From Prevotella phage Lak-C1, in the sequence record MK250029.1: 32,000 bases of DNA; one strand, given 5' to 3'. Position 1 is the stretch's first letter. Each line of letters starts with the position of its first letter. The notes under the pieces were generated by a model that was not told where the DNA came from, did no database searches, and saw nothing but the letters and a program-made list of their open reading frames with translations. This document shows, in pieces, positions 29,705 to 32,000 of this stretch. Made by a program: the position numbers and the translations under genes.

Positions 29705-32000
29705 TTGTCATTATTACTATTTGTATCTAATGTATTTTCATCTATATCATTATTATTCGAAAATTCTACTTGCTAATTTGTATTTTTAGTCATGTAATTT
29801 GTAAATGTTATTAATGTACCTGGTATTCTATCTGAACCTAATATCGCTTTTACAGATTCCCAGAATTCTCTTTGTTTTATTGTATCTGTTCCTATATGAT
29901 AATGTTTTGTTGTTGCACCTGTATCATCTCGCGCCTGTTCTATATAAGCAGATACACCATAATCATAGAATAATTTTAATATAGTAGGACTTTTCATTAT
30001 AATATTTGTCATAAGTTCAGTAAAATCCATACCGTTATTAATAATATCTATAGCTTCGCCATATAAATGTCGTGAATTATTCTTTTTAAAATACATTACT
30101 TCACCAATAGCATTCATACATTTATAATAATCATATTTTTTTATAAATGCATTCCCATCAACTTTATTACCATATTCATCTACTGCCCATCTTCTTCCAG
30201 ATACTAATTTACATTTATTATCAGATTCAGATAAAATAGTTTTATAAATATCCTTCATAAACTATTTTAAACCAGTTAACGGTATAGTAGAACCAGCTAC
30301 ATAATCAGATTTCTTTACATATTGATCTATCATATCCATATTAAAATTAACCGCCTCTACTGTTTCTTTACCGTGCGCATTATATATAGTACCAGCTTCT
30401 TCTTGCTCTTGCTATTGTTCATCAGTCGTAGAACTTATATTCTATTTTTTCTATGCTGATACAACAACATCTTCAGATGTTGTTGCACCTTTAATATGTT
30501 CTGCTCCATATCGTTTTAATGCATCATAATATGCCATTCTAGCAAGTTTACCATTTCCAATATCTACTAATACAATAGTATTTGCTGTTTTTTTATCTAT
30601 TGTTTTACCTGATTTATCTTTAATTTTAGATGGTACTGGCCATTCTCTTCTAACTAATTTAACATTTGTTCTCCAATTTGTACCCTAACCCTAATCATTT
30701 TCAGTATCAAATACCCATTCAATACCATCTATAATATACCAACCAGATTCTGCTTCATACATACATTCTTCTATTTTTGTACGTGCTTGACCAGTTCTAA
30801 TAGCTTGTTCTGCTCTATTTAAATCCATTAAAACAATAGGCATTTTTTCACCACGAACAATACTTAAGTTTGCACCATTTAATTCAACAAGTAAATATTG
30901 TTTTTGTAACTATAATAAATTTCTCATATTATGTTCATATGCAACTTCATAAAATCTATGAGTATTTCCAGATGACATCATATTATTTCCAGTTCCTTCA
31001 AGATTTGCTGCATCTCCATCAGATTGTTGATTTGTAATTTTCTCTGGTTCATTTTTATTTGATGATTGAGTTTCTGAAGTAGCCATTGCAGAATCACCAC
31101 TTGCATATGTCATATTTCTTCCAGGTCCTAATAATACGAAGAAATCGTTATCTGCTCGTGTTGGATCAAATTTTGTTCTATTTAAACATAATGAAAATTC
31201 AACACTATAATTAGGATTATTTGGATCTATTAAACCTGTGTTAACTGATGAATATTGCATTTTACAATTTAATCCAACAAAATCCTATATTTCCTGTGCA
31301 TTATTAAGTAATCTCCAATTATTAACATGATATACTGTTGCTGCTTCATTATCATCTGTAATATTAGTAAATATCTTTGTCTATATATGTGGTTTTACTT
31401 TCTATTCTTCATCTGTTTTATTTGCAGCTTTACCATCAATAGCTCTATTATTAATAAATGTATTTGTCCAAAATGTCATATCTATTGATTCATCATAACC
31501 GCTTTCACCTAATAATCTATTAATATTCATGAAAGCTAAACCATATCTCGGGTCTATCCATGATTCAAAAAATGAATTAGAATCTTTCCATGCATGTGTT
31601 GTCAAATCATGTAAAAACATTTCAGGCGATTTACAATTACACCAAACCATTACATCGTTTGTATCATCTGGATCACAAAAGAAGAAACTTAATCTTAAAC
31701 GTTTTGCAAGATCCATCATAGCATCTCGTGATGAACCATTAAAATTATATCTAGATTCTTCATTTCTTAAATCTGGTACATATAATTCTCCGGTTATAAT
31801 CTATGTCTAATATTTCTGATATTGTGTCTAATCCATCTAATCAGAAACAACATTTGTAATTCTGAAATCACATCTCATAGACTTAATCATTGCATGTCCA
31901 CTCTGAAAAAATACACTGCATCTATCACCTTGCTTTACAAAATCCTTTTTTAATAAACCAGGGTCTGATGTAGTTACTATAAGTCTCATCGTAGGTAAAA
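29701..32000 (-). CDS. large tail/baseplate-type structural protein with C-terminal M15-peptidase-like domain (N-terminus outside window)
   Basis: Single minus-strand frame joins track ORFs 29773-30258, 30910-31260 and 31402-31719 with 15 in-frame TAG (CTA on plus) and ends at TAA 29703-29701. RHLYGEAIDI (HxxGxAxD) plus TTKHYHIG suggest M15/D-Ala-D-Ala carboxypeptidase fold; KQGDRCSVFFQSGHAMIKSMRCDFRITNV resembles baseplate hub/late-control proteins. Confidence 0.65.

Noticed and set aside
31529-31810. Plus-strand 93-aa ORF
   Set aside because: Antisense to the long minus-strand tail gene, which is supported over 2.3 kb and has domain-like content.
1-32000. CRISPR arrays, rRNA or tRNA genes
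   Set aside because: No regularly spaced repeats and no recognisable tRNA or rRNA sequence found on reading; a tRNAscan/ARAGORN run would be needed to exclude degenerate tRNAs.

Overview
AT-rich (by eye, well under 35% GC), densely coding phage DNA, most likely from a large Bacteroidota-infecting (Lak/crAss-like) phage that reads TAG as glutamine (code-15-like). At least seven plus-strand genes and the minus-strand tail gene stay open only through in-frame TAG; annotated ends are TAA or occasionally TGA. Recognisable genes: S1-domain protein, Thg1-like 3'-5' polymerase, DnaB-like helicase, RNA ligase, CNNM/CorC-type CBS membrane protein, calcineurin-like phosphoesterases, TelA-like protein, HtpG/Hsp90, SPFH lipoprotein, NrdD, DHH phosphoesterase and a minus-strand tail/baseplate protein with an M15-peptidase-like C-terminus. 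The highlight is the nrdD locus (22078-27700). It carries (i) a group I intron of about 1405 nt with junctions I can place, whose HNH ORF lies inside the P1 loop, (ii) a 188-aa mini-intein at the SC/CRL site, and (iii) a freestanding HNH gene directly downstream. The last codons and 3' flank of that HNH gene duplicate the nrdD 3' end as a 43-bp perfect direct repeat. The in-frame ORFs of the intron and the freestanding HNH gene also use TAG as a sense codon. TAG density is strongly skewed: 15 in 2.3 kb of the minus-strand tail gene versus about 14 in the preceding 29 kb.
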